64,000 nt of DNA from the human T2T-CHM13v2.0 reference genome, Homo sapiens: assembly GCF_009914755.1 (NCBI RefSeq), contig NC_060926.1; one strand, written 5' to 3'. Made by a program: the position numbers and the translations under genes. The notes below the pieces were generated by a model. The model was not told the DNA's origin. It searched no databases and saw only the letters and a program-made list of their open reading frames with translations. Positions 45,280-62,463 of the stretch are shown here, one piece after another (position 1 is the stretch's first letter; every line of letters begins with the position of its first letter).

Positions 45280-48200
45280 GTAGGCAGCCAGTTCCGGGAC
45301 AGATGGTGCACTGCTGGTTGGAAGGAAAATCTCTCCAACTCTCCAAGTATTCTTCTTGAAATAAGTGACACTTAGCATTCACACATTTAATATTTATTTT
45401 GTTGACCGTTTGTATGCCGCCCCTAAGTTCTTCCACTTGTAACACTTGGGATAGTTAAAAATAGTAGCAAAAATAATATGTCTCCCAAGAGTCACTGTGA
45501 AAGTTAAAGGAGAAAATGTAGTTAGGGTGTGTAGCATAGATAAATGCTACAAGCTAAGGGTCTGGTATGCCAGGAATGAATCAGTAATGAATGAATGGCA
45601 TTCTTTTTTGTTTTTTAATTTTTTGCTCAAAGGAATTTTTATGTGTGTGAATTTTTGAATGTGGAAATTTCTGCAAACATATTCCTTTCAAATGTCAAGG
45701 ATCCAGGGTTTTGTCGCCAAGTTTTAATTTTTCTGAAGAAAAAGAAGGAAGAGGAGAAAACCGTAGCTTTCTCCATAATAAGCTCTCTAATTGGTGGGTG
45801 TAACCCAGCAATAGTGTGTTTGTTTCAGAGTGTGGATAGTGATAATATTTAGAGACTGGGAAACTTGCTCAGATTTATGTAAGTCAATGGGTTGAGAAGT
45901 CATGAGTAGACAAGGAAGCTTCCACTCTAGAAGAATTTGTGACCTGTTCTAACCACATTGGAGAACCCAAGCAGTACTCCCTGCAGAAGTGGTAAAGGTG
46001 GGAATGTTTCCTTGGGCTTGCCAGGTACGAGGACATATTTCCACTGTGGGCTTTGGTTAGGAAGGCAAGATGCAAATTTTCTTGCTATGGTAATGCATCC
46101 ATTCAATTCTGTAAAGCTTGTCATGCTAGATGTCTTTGTGTGACATAGCTTTGCAGAGTTCATAGGCATCTGTGACCATAGCCTCAGATAAGGTACCTGA
46201 TGGGATGGTTCTTACAGACTGCTTAGCATTTTGCTTCAACAACTGGTGCTAAAAGGCCACATTGACAGGGCTACAGCTGTTTTTGAAAATAATGATTGAA
46301 TTTTCTTCCTTCTCTAATTTCACTTTGGAAAATTATAGCTTAAACACTTTTTATTTCAGGACAAAACATGACTATAGTTACTCCTCTGAATTTGTAGAAA
46401 CAGAATTTAGATTAAAAGGCTCCAGGTTAGTTTTTCAAACCTTGGTGATCTTTCCATTCCAGCTCCTCTCTTCTTTTCTTTGACTACTGTCTACTGTTGG
46501 AGGGTCTTCAGGGATCAACATATAAATAAAACTTGTATAGAATTGATGCATTATGACCTACCTATTTTTCAGCTTCAACTTTTAATCTGCTATTGACATT
46601 TTCATCTTTCTAAAGTTTCTTTTGTAAAAATAGCTTTTCTTATGGATCATCTATTCCTAAAGTTTCTTCAGGCTTAGTCTTTCTAGCTTTTTGAATGGAA
46701 ACTTACTGGGCAGGAAGATTATAATTAGCAGGAAAGTGGAAGTCTGGTGTTCTAGAATTGGGAATTAGATGCTTACATAGTGTGGGGGTACGGGTGGAAT
46801 AGAGAAGGGGTGTTAATTGCAGAGTGAGCAATCTATCAAGCCCGAGTACAATCTACTCCAAGCATCTAAAGAGGAGGAAAATGTCTTAGGCCAAAGCACA
46901 CTTGGAAATTAATATCTGTGTTCACAGGAAAACAGAAAGTACTTAGAAAGCTGTAAGTCTGATAGTCCAGTTCTCAGGGGGAAAGGCTGGATGTGGGACC
47001 TGGATGTAAATACATAGATGTGTAACACGACCGTATACTCCTGTACAGAGCTGAATATAGTGAGTAAAACTATGCTGGATAACACAGCACAGCTGCCATA
47101 AAGGCACTGTATACAGCTTACTGCTTACCTTAGTAGTTGTTATCAAAGGTTTTATTTTGCTCTTGTGTGGAAGTGAACCAGCGGGGTTGTTCGCCCATTA
47201 CTTTCCTTTCTTATAAATGCTTTCACTTCTTACTGTTATCATTTATAGATGTACCTTGACAAATCTGGAATGAGAATTTCTTCTTGGCCCCCATTAAACA
47301 CAGAGGAACAATTGAATTTTTATTGTTAGGAACCTGTGAGTATTTGCCCAGTGAAGTAAGCAGAATATAAATATTTTTTATCTGTCAATGCAATAATAAA
47401 GGCCAAAATTGGATACATTTTTAGCATTTCAGTTTCTGTGAACATCAAATTATTAATATTATTGTTGTTATGTTAGATATTCATACTTTGGAGGGAGAAA
47501 GCATTTTAGTAGTATTGACTTTGGAAATTCCTTTGTGAGTCACTATTGACATCCCCACAAGGTTAATCTTCCCCTAGACTCAAGGATACTCTCTCTCTGT
47601 TCACTCTGGAGTGTGATTGTGATTGCTTAACTTTTCTTCCATACAAAACCCCATCATCCACTGGTGATTTAGCAGCTCTGATTCCAAGCACCTGATTTTA
47701 GAGGAATTTACAATCTTGGGGGGGAAAAACAGACTTCATTTCCATGGATCCTTCTTGTAACAGAATGCATATAATTTCTAGATGCCATAATAATAATAAT
47801 TTTAAAAAATGCTAATTCCCTCCCAAAGGTCTCCAGATCTCTTGGCCTAGGCTGGATGCTGAAGCTAAATCCTGACATTGATATGGTCCTGTTGATGACT
47901 TATTTTTGGTGATGTCTCATTCCTCACTGAACCTCAATTCAGGATGTTTGCCGCAAGAGTATAATAACACCTATAGCATATTTAGTTGATACTGTTGTTC
48001 ATTGTTCATGTGGTGTTTTAAATGCAGCCAAAATAGTGCTGTAACAATCAATGTATGTATTACCAGTAATATTAGCCAAGCCAATAGAATTGGGAATGAA
48101 AACGTAGAGAGCTATTTATGATTTTGCTTAACACTTGTTGTTTTAAAGAGAATAGTGTTTCTCTTTTATAAATCAGAAGCAGCAGCACAAGTGATGCTTA

Positions 48201-48731
48201 CCTGCAAAATAAAAGCTTGAATTTGGTAAGAACACTTTCTTCTTGCCTTTTCTCAAATAAAATTAAAGCCACTCAGTTTGCATTCCACAGCCCTTTCTCA
48301 GAAAGTAAAACATGAATCAAGGAATGCACTTTCAAAATCTAATAAAGACCAGGGCAAATGTATTCCATGTGTGGGAATGTGGCCTAGAGACTAGGATATC
48401 AACAAATATAAATTTAAGTGGCATAGAAGTAGATATGTCATATATTGGTATATGGTAAAGCAAAATTTATTAAAGCAATAAACTATATTTAAAAATCCAG
48501 AAAAATTTTTGGTGTGGTTGTAGTGGAGCAGAACATTGCTTGAATTTTCTAAAATATATATATTTCAGATTTTCTACTGATAGCATATTAAAAATGGAAC
48601 ACAGTTTAGCTCTGAATTGTTAAATGCATTAGTTGCCCCCTCTGCACTAATAAGATTGTCTTCATTCTGGCCTCAGAGTTGGCATTAAGAGTACATGACC
48701 ACACAAGGGCACACATTCTGGAATGCTAAGT

Positions 48732-49092
48732 TGTATTAGTCCATTTCCATGCCGCTGATAAAGGCATACCTGAGACTGGATAATTAATAAAGAAAAAGAG
48801 GTTTAATGAACTCACAGTTCCACATGACTAGGGAGGCCTCACAATCATGGCAGAAGGGGAAAGACATGTTTTACGTGGCAGCAGACAAGAAAGAATGAGA
48901 GCCAAGCAAAAGGAGTGTCCCCTTATAAAACCATCAGATCTCATGAGACTTATTCACTACCATGAGAACAGTATGGGGCAAACACCCCCATGATTCAATT
49001 ATCTCCCACTGGGTCCATCCCACATCTTGTGGGAATTATGGGAGGTACAATTCAAGATGAGATTTGGGTGGGGACACAGCCAAACCATATCA
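48732..49092 (-). mobile_element. THE1B-like solo LTR
   Basis: tgtattagtcc...ggggacacagccaaaccatatca, 361 bp. 5-bp TSD taagt/tgagt. Confidence 0.88.
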
Positions 49093-50384
49093 TGAGTAGT
49101 ATATGGAAACTTAATATATTTCAGGTTCTGGGTTTTAATTCTGACTTTGAAGGAAATGTGGTAAACCACATAAATGTTGTACCAGTCTTCTAGTTCATTA
49201 ATTTGATTTTGAATATGTTGATTTGATGAGTAAAATTACATGACAATCAAACATTTATTTGTTTAAAAAAATTATGTGCCTGTTATGAGTTAGTCTATGC
49301 ACTAAAGTACATCTGTCATAAGGGTGTCCCCAGTAATTTACAGGCTTTTAGTTGTAATAATAATTGAACTATTGACTACGTATGCTACAGTGACTTAAGT
49401 GTTTGGATGATTACATATCTAACATGGTTTAATCCATTTATTGATGCCCAAGAGTAATCTTCATTGAGGTGATATTTAAAAGGAGCTTGGAGAGTCCATA
49501 AGCATGTTCTAAGGTGTGGGAGAACACATGAAAAGAAATGGAAAAGTTTGTGTTCAGTAGCAGCCTGTGCACTGGTGTGAAGAGAGCTCAGGGTAAAAGA
49601 AAGTTACAATGACAGTGGAAAGGTAGGCCTTCTAAGCTATTCTGGAGTAAGACTTTGTTTTTGAGAATATGGATATGTGCTGCAGCCTTTTTTCCCCCTA
49701 CTGTAGATTTTTAAACAGAAAGGAAATCTTCTATTGACTGTACTTAAGCTTGTAAAAACATTAGTATGCTAAGAAAATTATGAGTTATCATATCCTATGT
49801 GTAAATGTATCTGACTATCCAGGAAGTTTTTGAGTTATGAAATAAAGTAATTTATATTCTTAGCTGATATCTTAAGGGGCAATTGGAGGAGATATTCCAC
49901 CATCATTTGAAAGACTGGAAATATCTTTCACCTGTCTTTAGAAATTGGTTTTAAAGTCAATAAAGTCATTTGGGTGTGAGAATAAGGTGTCAGGAAAGTA
50001 GTACACTATGAACTTCCCTTGATGTCAACCCTTAGAGGAGCAATGAGACTGTTTAAGTGGGCTTATAGCATTTTCTCTTGCTTTATGCTAAGAGAGAAGC
50101 AGAGATAACGGGATAAAATAACCTTTGCTAATTAACAGCAGGATATTTGATGACAGTTCACATGAGGCCAAGAGAGATAAGGTTCTTGGCTTGTAAGAAC
50201 CTTGGAAACCTCTTCAATTATTGAAATCATAGGTGTAGAAGAAAGTCAGCAAAGGGTAGCACAAGAGAATTATTAACATGCAGATCTCTGGATTCCTCAC
50301 AATGACAGGTGGTGATGAAAAGGTGTGGGGAGGGCAGGGAATGAGAAGATGGGTGAAGACAAGCAGTTACTCCAGTGTTTTTTG

Positions 50385-50542
50385 CAAGAAGGAAGAGGAA
50401 CGGAAGTGGAGGAAGAAAAAGAAGGGGAAGGAGGAGGAAAGATGAAGGAGGAGGAGGAAGAGGAAGAAAGGAAGAGGGAGAATGGAGCAGAGAGAAGGGA
50501 GAGGGGATGGGGAAGGGGAGAGCAGGGAGGAAGGAGGAAGAA
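50385..50542. repeat. GA-rich low-complexity tract
   Basis: Polypurine (GAG/GGA/GAA)n. Confidence 0.9.
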
Positions 50543-53500
50543 ACTTATTAAGTCAAACTCTTAGGGATCTTTTCTTTCCATTAGGCTGCATTATCTCTTT
50601 GCTTATATCTTGAACCTACACACTAAGGTAGAGTTTAGGACTTGATAGCCATTTCTCCCCAGGTTATTGATGCAGGATCCTAGACTCACAGATGCTCCAG
50701 ATCTCTAGTGTTAACTCCATCTTCTTCTTAAGTGAGAATAGTTAGCGTGTCACGCTACCTAGGCCGAGTGCAAACAAGCTTCCTTTCCAAATTGTTATCT
50801 GTAAATGGAAGGAAGTAGAAGAGTTAGTGAAAGTAATGACGTGTGTTCCATCTTTAAATCCCCACTCTTTTTGCAGAGGCAAACATAGACTTTATAAGCC
50901 ATATATCTACATATATAGTTCAAATATTCTCTCTAAAAGTATAATGCTGGGAAGAGTTAAGGAACAAAAGAAACACGAAGTCAGAAAGAGTCCAAAGTGA
51001 GATTGGTTTCTACTGGTTCTGTTTGATTGCATTTGTATCTAAGTTTAGTTAATTTTTAAAATCAAGTGTAACAAACTTATCTTAGTGTGATATAGGAAAT
51101 GTTTATTGAATTAATGGGCTTAGCAAAAATATTGAAGAGTTCCTACTTTAAGTGTTCATTAAATTATCAGACTGTTCTTGTTATTAAAAATTTCCTAATT
51201 TATTTAGCTCAAGGTATAATGCACCTCATTAAACAAGAGCAGGAGAGAGCTACCCTGGACGAATGAGAGAGTCAGGATATTTGAGGAGAAAGCCTAGCAC
51301 TGAGTAGAGGTTGCTCTGGGAAAAATAAATGGCTTATGGAAAAATTTACTTTTTGAATGATGTGTGAGTCCTGTTTAATTTGATCTCCTGAAGAGGAAGA
51401 ACATGTGCAACGTGTTATATATTTCTTCAAAGTTAACATGACTAAACTGAAAATTCACTAATCTGTGTTGCTGAAACTAAAGCATGTGGCATCGTGGAGA
51501 AGGGAGATTATGAATGACCTAGAACTAGATATGAATATGGATTTTGGCAGTGGTTTTACAAGTAATAGTTCAGCTTTCCTAATCCTATAGCCCTAAGTTC
51601 ATACTCCTGTAGGACATCACTTCTTCCTGATTTCTAACTATTATTATAATAGTCTTTGTCACTCATTTGGCTGTAAAGGCCCTTAAAGGCCATGCTTGAC
51701 ATTCTTCTTTGTATTCCCAAGTGTCAATACTCTTCATGTAAAAGGCAAATAACAAATGTTTCTGGAATTCAAAATGGAAACTCTTAAACACAACAGAATG
51801 ATATGTTGAGTTTGATTGAATTCTCTTTGTTTTTTAGATAGCACAGAGAAAGGAATTGTTTGACTGTTGACCAGACCAAAATTGTCTGCAACCTGGATGT
51901 CAGTATTCCATGCCAAAGCTACGTAGCTCTGAGAGCCCAGAATGCAACCAGACAAAATAGAAGGTATAAGGATCCTGAGTGAGGGAAATGGCCTGTGGGG
52001 AAAGATTGGGAAGGAAAACAAATGAGAAAGAAACAAGGAGCATTACTGGGCCAGAGAGATTGGCCTGGACTGAAATGGGGGATTTGCCCAGTAGTTTTGG
52101 GCTAAGGCAATGCTAGTTGATTTCTAAATGATTTCCATAGTTAAATATATCCCTCTGTTGTTTTAAAGAGGAAAAAGTTTATAGAAGCCATGAAAATTGT
52201 TTATTTCTATCAGTGTTACTTTTGACCTCTTTAACGGTATAGGAGGGGAGATGAGCCAGTTAAATAAATAACTATTGAAATGAAACAAGAACCTTAAGAG
52301 AAAATAGGAATTTTAGGTAAGAAGAGATTAAACCAGTGAGACATGGGGACATAGGGTAGGTTTGGGGATAAGAAAGCTTTTACCTGGGCCTTAAAGGAAG
52401 TTCATGGTTTAAACAGGTGTTCATATGAAAGGGACAGAATCCCAGAGGAAGCAGGCCATGTGTAAAGACACTGAAGTGGAAAGGCAGAGAACATATTTTC
52501 AGTAAAACTGGTAATCAAGCTGGCCATGAATATGGGGGAGATGAGGTAAGGACTGTGGGTTTAGGGTAGAGAGATAGAATTGTAGGCTATGATCTTAGGC
52601 CTCATGTGATCAGATCATGATATGGTAATACCTGAACTGTTAAGTCTCCATTCCTGTTCAACCCTTGGAGCTCCAACAATGCTGAACATCTTTCACAGTC
52701 TCGGGCTTTGGAGCTCATCTCTGCCTGCCTGCTGCCCACTATCATATAGTCTCCCTTATTTTCCTCCCTCACACATTTACTCCCTGGCTCAGACCTGTAC
52801 CTGGATAACCCATGCCTAGAAAGTATCTCTTCTGGGAGTTCTTTGAGATGACACAGGTACCTCTGCTCCTCAGCCACTACAGCACTTTGTCTCACTGCAT
52901 GATAATTGCTTGTTTATGCATACTGGTCACCTTGCTGCTATGCAAGTCTGAGATCAGGTAAATAACCAGATCTGTGTTATTTACTCTCATCTTCCCAGCA
53001 CTGGGCACAGTATCTGGCATGTGAAAATTGCTTATACTGAATTCAAGCTTTGTGAACCTTCTCACCCTCCTTTTACCATCTTCTTTCTTGTCCTTGGCTC
53101 GTGCTGTGTGGTTTAACTGTCCCATCTCCCTTCCTAGACTGTTAAAGATGTTGCCAGTCCATTTTCAAACTTGGATGAAACACCATGTCGTGGTGTCTGG
53201 GATCTGGCTTCCTTGAGTAGCAGCTGAGAGGCTGGATGCTGCAATCTGGAGGATACAGCCTGGAAGTGTAGGGGTCTTAGCTCCCTGTGGGGTGAACCTT
53301 GACCAATGAGAAACAAGATTCAGGAGGAGGCCAGGCCACTCACAGTGCCCCTGGAGATTTTTATCATGTACAATTTCTTTTTGCAATCCTACCAAAAACA
53401 CAGATCTGCTGAGTGATCACTATGTATCTTTGTGGTTTGATGATAAATGGTGGTCAGCAGGATAACATGCCACACAGCATTCCCTCATATTTTCTTTGCT

Positions 53501-54698
53501 TTACTCCTGTTGTTTCTGCACTGTCATTGCCTCCTGGCCTGGAACCTCCTGAGTAAAGTATTAGCACTCAAATTCTCATTGTAGGTTTTGCCTTCTAGAG
53601 AATTTCAGCGATAACGTTCAATGAATGCATGTTGAAAGGAAGAAAGGAGAATGTTTTAAGGATTTATTGCAATAGATGAGATGTAATATGGGCCTGAAGT
53701 ATGTTGAAGCTGTAAACGACAACTTTTCTTTCTGTTCCTCCTTCAATTTCTTTCTCTTTTTTCTCCCTCAGTCTCATTTCTCTTCCTCTTCTTTTATGTA
53801 TTTCTCTTTCTCATCACCCAATATTTCTGTTTTCTCTCCTCCCTCCTCCTTTCATCTTGCATAAGCCTTGAGAAGAGGCTTAGTAATTGTGATAGACTTC
53901 GCAACGGTTAGCACATTGCCTGGCAAAAGGTAGATAAGAACTCAGTCGATATTTCCTGAACAAATGAATGTAACCCCCTGCATATAGTCTTACCATTCAG
54001 TTTTAGGCATTACTTTTCACTTTGGGACAACTTTTCTCTTCATTCCAGTTGTTCGCATACACCTGCACTTCATTAATGAACAGTTAAGTTCTTTTTCTGA
54101 GAGTAGAAGATTACATTTGGAAAACCACGCTGAGACTAGTGCATTTACAATCTTCAGTTGAGCGTCTCACTCATCTTCATTTTGTCAGCTGAACTGGATT
54201 TTTCTCAAACACAAAGCCAAGAGGTAATGAGGTTCCTCTTGGCAGTGCAATTTCTGAAACAAAGTTATTGCTTCCAATCTATTTCTCCAGCTTTGTTAAG
54301 TTTGCCAATTTAACTGGCAAGTAGGATATAGAAGAAGTATCCACTTACTGCCCAACTCTTCCTGCAAGAAAGTTTCAGAACATTTTCACAAACCTTGTTC
54401 TAGTATTTTGCATTTTTTTCATGCTCTAGTTTAAGCTTTACATCAGGTTCTCTTCATAAGAGGACATAGTCACTTAGTAAGATCTCAGTGTGCTTAGGAA
54501 TAATTAAATGACTCCTTGTGTCTTCTGGCTACTTCCTCAAGCACACAGGGGAAAGCGGGGAGGGATTTATTCCTATGTCAAGAGAAAATCTGGAAAGCCA
54601 GTGAACTAGGATGCTAGTTCTAATTCCAAGATCCTGTGTGCCTCCATGTGGAATATATAATTGTAGTTCATTTTATTCTTTTTAGATCTGCTTTTCTT

Positions 54699-54955
54699 TT
54701 TTACCTTTTTATTTTTAAATTGACAAGTAAAAATGTTATGTACTTATGGCATGCAACATGATGTTTTGATGTAGGCATGTATGTGAAATGAGTAAATAAA
54801 GCTATTTAACATATGCATTGCCTCACATACTTACCATCTTTTTTGTGGTGAGAACACTTAAAGTCTACTCTGTTAGCAACTTTCAAATATGCAACATGTG
54901 ATAAACTGTAGTCACCATGAAGCACAAAAAAAATCTTTTGAACTTGTTTCTTCTA
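54699..54955 (-). mobile_element. L1MA (L1MA8/9-like) 3' end fragment
   Basis: ttttgtggtgagaacacttaaagtctactct motif. Degenerate TSD agatct(g/a)ctt. Confidence 0.7.
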
Positions 54956-55164
54956 AGATCTACTTCTCTAAGACTTTAATTATTTTTTTGACTTTTGATG
55001 GACTTTATTAAAGTTGTCCCAATTCTTTTGAAACTCAGTTCTGGACACAGCCATTTCTATTTGAATAATCTATGGGCATTTACAATTTAGTTTTTCTTTT
55101 ATTGGACCCTTCATCATCTTCCCCACACCCATCTCAGAGTCTTCTCCACTGCTCCAAAATTCAG

Positions 55165-57234
55165 GAAATTGTCTGTTTCAATTGACTCTTCCTTATACGA
55201 CAGATTTCTCTGTAGCATGAGAGGTTGTTTGATAGCATTTTACCAGTAGTAGAACTTATTTCAAAATTGGAGTCAATCCTCTCAAACCCTGCTGCTGCTT
55301 TTTCAACTAAGTTTATGTGATATTCTAAATGCTTTGTTGCCATTTCAATAATGTTGAGAGCATCTTCACCAGGAGTAGCTTCCATCTCAAGAAACCATCT
55401 TCTTTGCTCATTTGTAAGAAGCAATTCATCATCCATTCAAGTTCTATCATAAGGCTGCAGCAATTCAGTCACATCTTTAGGCTCCACTTCAAATTCTAGT
55501 TCTCTTGCTATTTCTACCACATGTGTAGTTACTTATTCCACTGAAATCTTGAATACCTCAAAGTCATTCATGATGTTTGGAATCCACTTCTTTCAAACTT
55601 CTGTTAATGTTGATATTTTGACCTCCTCCCATGGATCACAGATGTTCTTAATGGCATCTAGAATGGTGAACGCATTTTCAATTTACTTTTCATTTATTTC
55701 ATTTTCAATTATTTCATTTTTCCAGATCCATCAGATGAATTACTGTCTATGGCAGGTGTAGCCTTACACAAAGTATTTCTTAAATAATAAAACTTGAAAG
55801 TTAAAATTCCTCCTTGGTCCATGGGCTACAGAATGGATGTTGTGCTATGAGTCATGAAAACATTAATCTCCTTGTACATCTCCATCAGGGCTTTTGGGGC
55901 ATCAGGTGCATTGTCAATGAGAAGTAATAGTCTGAAGGGAATCTCTTTTGTTTTCTGAGCAGTAGGCCTCAACAGTGGGCTTAAAATATTTAGGAAATCA
56001 TGCTGTAAATAGATATGTTGGGGTTTGTTATTCCATTTATAGAGCACAAGAAAAATAGAGCTAGCATAATTCTTAAGGATCCTAGGATTTTTTGGAATGG
56101 TGAATGGGCACTGACTTCAACTTAAAGTCACCAGCTGCATCGGCCCCTAATGAAAGAGTCAGCCTATCTTTTAAAGCTTTAGAGCCAGGCATTGACTTCT
56201 CCTCTTTAGCTATGGAAGTCCTAGATGGCATCTTCTTCCAATATAAGGCTGTTTCGTCTACATTAAGAATTGGTTTTCCAGTGTAGCCACCTTCATCAAT
56301 GATCTTAGCTAGATATTCCTGATAACTTGCTTCTGCTTCTACATTAGCACTTGCTGCTTCACTTTGCACCTTTTTGCTATTGAGATAGCTCCTTTTTAAA
56401 CCTTAGGAACCAACCTCTGCTAGCTTTGAAGGTTTCCCCCACCCCCCTGCCCCACAGCTTCCTCAGCTCTCTCAGCCTTCATAGAATTGAAGAGAGTTAG
56501 GACCTTGCTCTGGATTAGGCTTTTGCTTAAGGAAATGTTGTGACTGCTTTGGTCTTCTATCCAGAGAACTCAAACTTTCTTTATATCAACAATCAGACTG
56601 TTTTGCTTTCTCATCATTCATGTGTTTACTGCAATAACACTTTTAATTTCCCTCAAAAACTTTTTCTTTGCATTCAGAACTGGGCTAATTGTTTGACACA
56701 GAGGCCTTGCTTTCAGCCAGTCTTGGCTTTCAACAAGCCTTCCTTTCTAAGCTTAATCATTTCTAGCTTTTGATTTAAAGTGAGAGATATATGACTCTTC
56801 CTTTCACTTGAACATGTAGAAGTCATGGTAGGGTTATTAATTGGCCTAATTTCAATATTGTGTCTCCAGAAATAGGGAGGCCTGAGGAAAGAGAGAGAGA
56901 TGGGGGAATGGTGGGTAAGTGGAGCAGTCAGAACACACACAACATTTAATGATTAAGTTCACTGCCATGGATGGGTGTGGTTCCTGGAGCCCCAAAACAA
57001 TGACAATAATAACATCAAAGATCACTGATCACTGATGACTATAATATATATATAATAATAATGAAAAAGTGTGAAATAATGCAAGAATTAGCAAAATGTG
57101 ACACAGAATCACAAAGCGGGCACATGCTGTTTGAAAAGTGGTGCTTACAGTCTTGCCGGACACAGGGTTGCCACAGACCTTCAATTTGTAAAAAATGCAA
57201 TAGCTGAAAAGTGAAATAAAATGAAGTATGCCCG
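55165..57234 (-). mobile_element. Tigger1 DNA transposon (3'-truncated), decayed pogo-like transposase
   Basis: Peptides [11 protein letters not shown]...[16 protein letters not shown] and LLLLIDNAP. TIR ...aataaaatgaagtatgcccg followed by TA. Confidence 0.9.
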
Positions 57235-57633
57235 TATTTAATATCTGCTAGCTGTGCTGAGGAGATTAGAATTTTTACTCAGTTGCATACCACAACGTGA
57301 TTCCAATCCTTTAAGGAAGAGGAACAGGTGCCCTAACTTACAGTGGCACACCATCAATATTGTTGCTGATAACACACTGCATACCTAATGATACTTAAAA
57401 AGAAATCTTTCATTTTGGAAATTGTCAAATGTACATAAGTATAGATAATAGTTATTACTTTTTGGTAAAATGAAATTAAGTAGGAGGAAACACTGAATTG
57501 AGAGTTAGATGAGTGGAATTCTAATTCTAACCTTCTGCTGGTGGGCTACCTGATTTGGGCTTCAATTTGTTACTTTTAATAGTGTGAATAATAGAATGTG
57601 TTTATTCTCATAGGTATATTAAACACTAGTTTA

Positions 57634-57949
<316 letters not shown>

Positions 57950-59376
57950 TTAATATAGTATATTAAACACAATAAATATAGGGAAACATAGATGTAAAGG
58001 CAGTTGCATTCTGAAGAAAATCTATGTAAATGTAATATTTTCTTTTCTTATTACTGGTAATATTTTCTTCCATTGAACTAAAATGGATTGGGAACACTAC
58101 AGATACTTTATTTCCCCAAAATTCTATACCTGTAATTTTCTTTCCTGCTAGTTAGGATATACTATCAAATGATGACTCTTTTAGTGTACTATAGATTAAA
58201 TAAAGCTTACAACACCACTCGTCATTTTTAACACTTATAACTTTAATAAAATAAATTATTTGTGATTTATTAATCTATTTCTACATTAATCTGTTTAGGT
58301 TAAGTGTATTATTTCAACTAAGACTTAAAGAAATTGTATTTTGAGATTGAGAAGAATCGAAGTATCATTTAAGCAGTAATTATCAACAACCATTGTGACA
58401 CAAATCACTCATGGTACTTAATAAACATATTACTTTCTGGGTTCCTCTACTGAAGATTCTGATTTAATGAATCTAGTCTGGGCCTGAAATTTTGAAAATT
58501 TTTGTGATATAACAGACGATTCTTACCAAGAGGGAAAATTAGGAAAGATTGATATAACCCAATATTTTTATAGTAAAACGTGCAAATTGAGACCTGCAGT
58601 AGTTGAAACTTGTCTGAGTTCTCAATGTTTGTCAGTTGCAGGCCTAGGGCCCGTGCCTTAAACTTCTAGCACTTTAGCCAGGCCTCCATCCACTTCCCTA
58701 ACCTGAAAGTTAATGTGCTTCTAAAACATGTACCTTCTCTACTAACTTACACTGACTTTTTACTGACACTAATTTACTCACTAGTCTAATTTCTTCTTAG
58801 CTAAATTTAGCGACTATTCAAGTTTCAGAGGTTGGAAAGCAGCCTCAGGAATCACAGAGTTCCTATAAGAACCTTTTTCCAATGAAAAGAACTTTAAGTG
58901 TCCAGGCTCAATGTGGAGTTTGAAGCTTTAGCATCAAAGCTTGTAATGACTTGCTAACTCTAATTGATTTTTTATAGCTAGGACTTCCTGGATTTTTGTT
59001 TCCTGGTTGGTTCTTACATCTTATATAAGCCACGTGGCTTTTTTTCATGACCCTGAAAAAAACCTCCTATTGTGATAATTCTTTGTCAAAGAACCTTGAA
59101 AATCTGTAACCTTTTATAAAGAAGAAGATAATTATTTTCTACTCGTTTTCAAGTTGCTTGGGGGTGGAATTAAATCTTAAAAGACACAGTGGTGATATAC
59201 CAGGCATCAATCAGTATACTCTCTTCTTGCAACTCTGGAGCTCAACTTATTAAGACTTTTCTCTAGATTTCTTTTTTCTCATTAGTAGAGGGGTAAACTC
59301 TGTACAGGATAATTTAGACCCTGTTGCTGCAGTCAATGTTATTTGTTCTTTTTATGTCAGATATAAGACTTCTTAA

Positions 59377-59727
<351 letters not shown>

Positions 59728-60360
59728 TTATAATACCTTTTAACTCAGCATTACACAGTCATTTCTTAATACCATTTATGATTATAAGTATTTGTTACCT
59801 ACATTTTGACCATTTACATTGTTGGGTGGCGGGGTCCTAACTTATGAAATAGTCCTAATTCTAAATATCTCATCACTGTTTTCTAATGAGAATACGATGA
59901 GCATTAGTGGGAAAATGTAGAAGGTAAAAGAAATTTTTATTTCAGTATACTTGACATTTGGTGTTGGAGGACAGTTATAAGAATATGTCTGACAGTTTTT
60001 ATGTTTTTTCAGTAAATTGTCAATGCCAGGAAAAACTGGAGGTCCTTTAGAACTCAAGGAGCTACATTGAGAGGGGATTGCATTGGGAAGCAAGGGAAGG
60101 AGACAGCAAGGGGCTGGGGCATAGCACTGACAGGTGGGTGCTGTTTCACAATACCCAGATGAAGTGGATTTACGGCCAGATGAGGTGGATTTAAAAGGCC
60201 TAAAATGGGACAGTCACTGAAAAAACACATAATGTATGTCTAGTTTGTTAATATGTTTTAGTAGTATATGTAGCCCTACCCCATTTGCTCAAAGGGCTGT
60301 GCTACATTATCGTTTCCATCTCCATAGTTACTAAAATCCTTACTTTTCCCAAGCCTCACA

Positions 60361-62463
<2,103 letters not shown>

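Noticed and set aside
45005-45445. Three overlapping minus-strand ORFs (96-146 aa)
   Set aside because: They are antisense shadows of the GC-rich THSD7B exon and show no recognisable protein features.
50325-50564. Glu/Gly/Arg-rich ORF
   Set aside because: Translation of a GA-rich low-complexity tract.
55161-56940. Possible domesticated Tigger transposase gene
   Set aside because: Broken into several short frames by stops and frameshifts. An ordinary decayed Tigger1.
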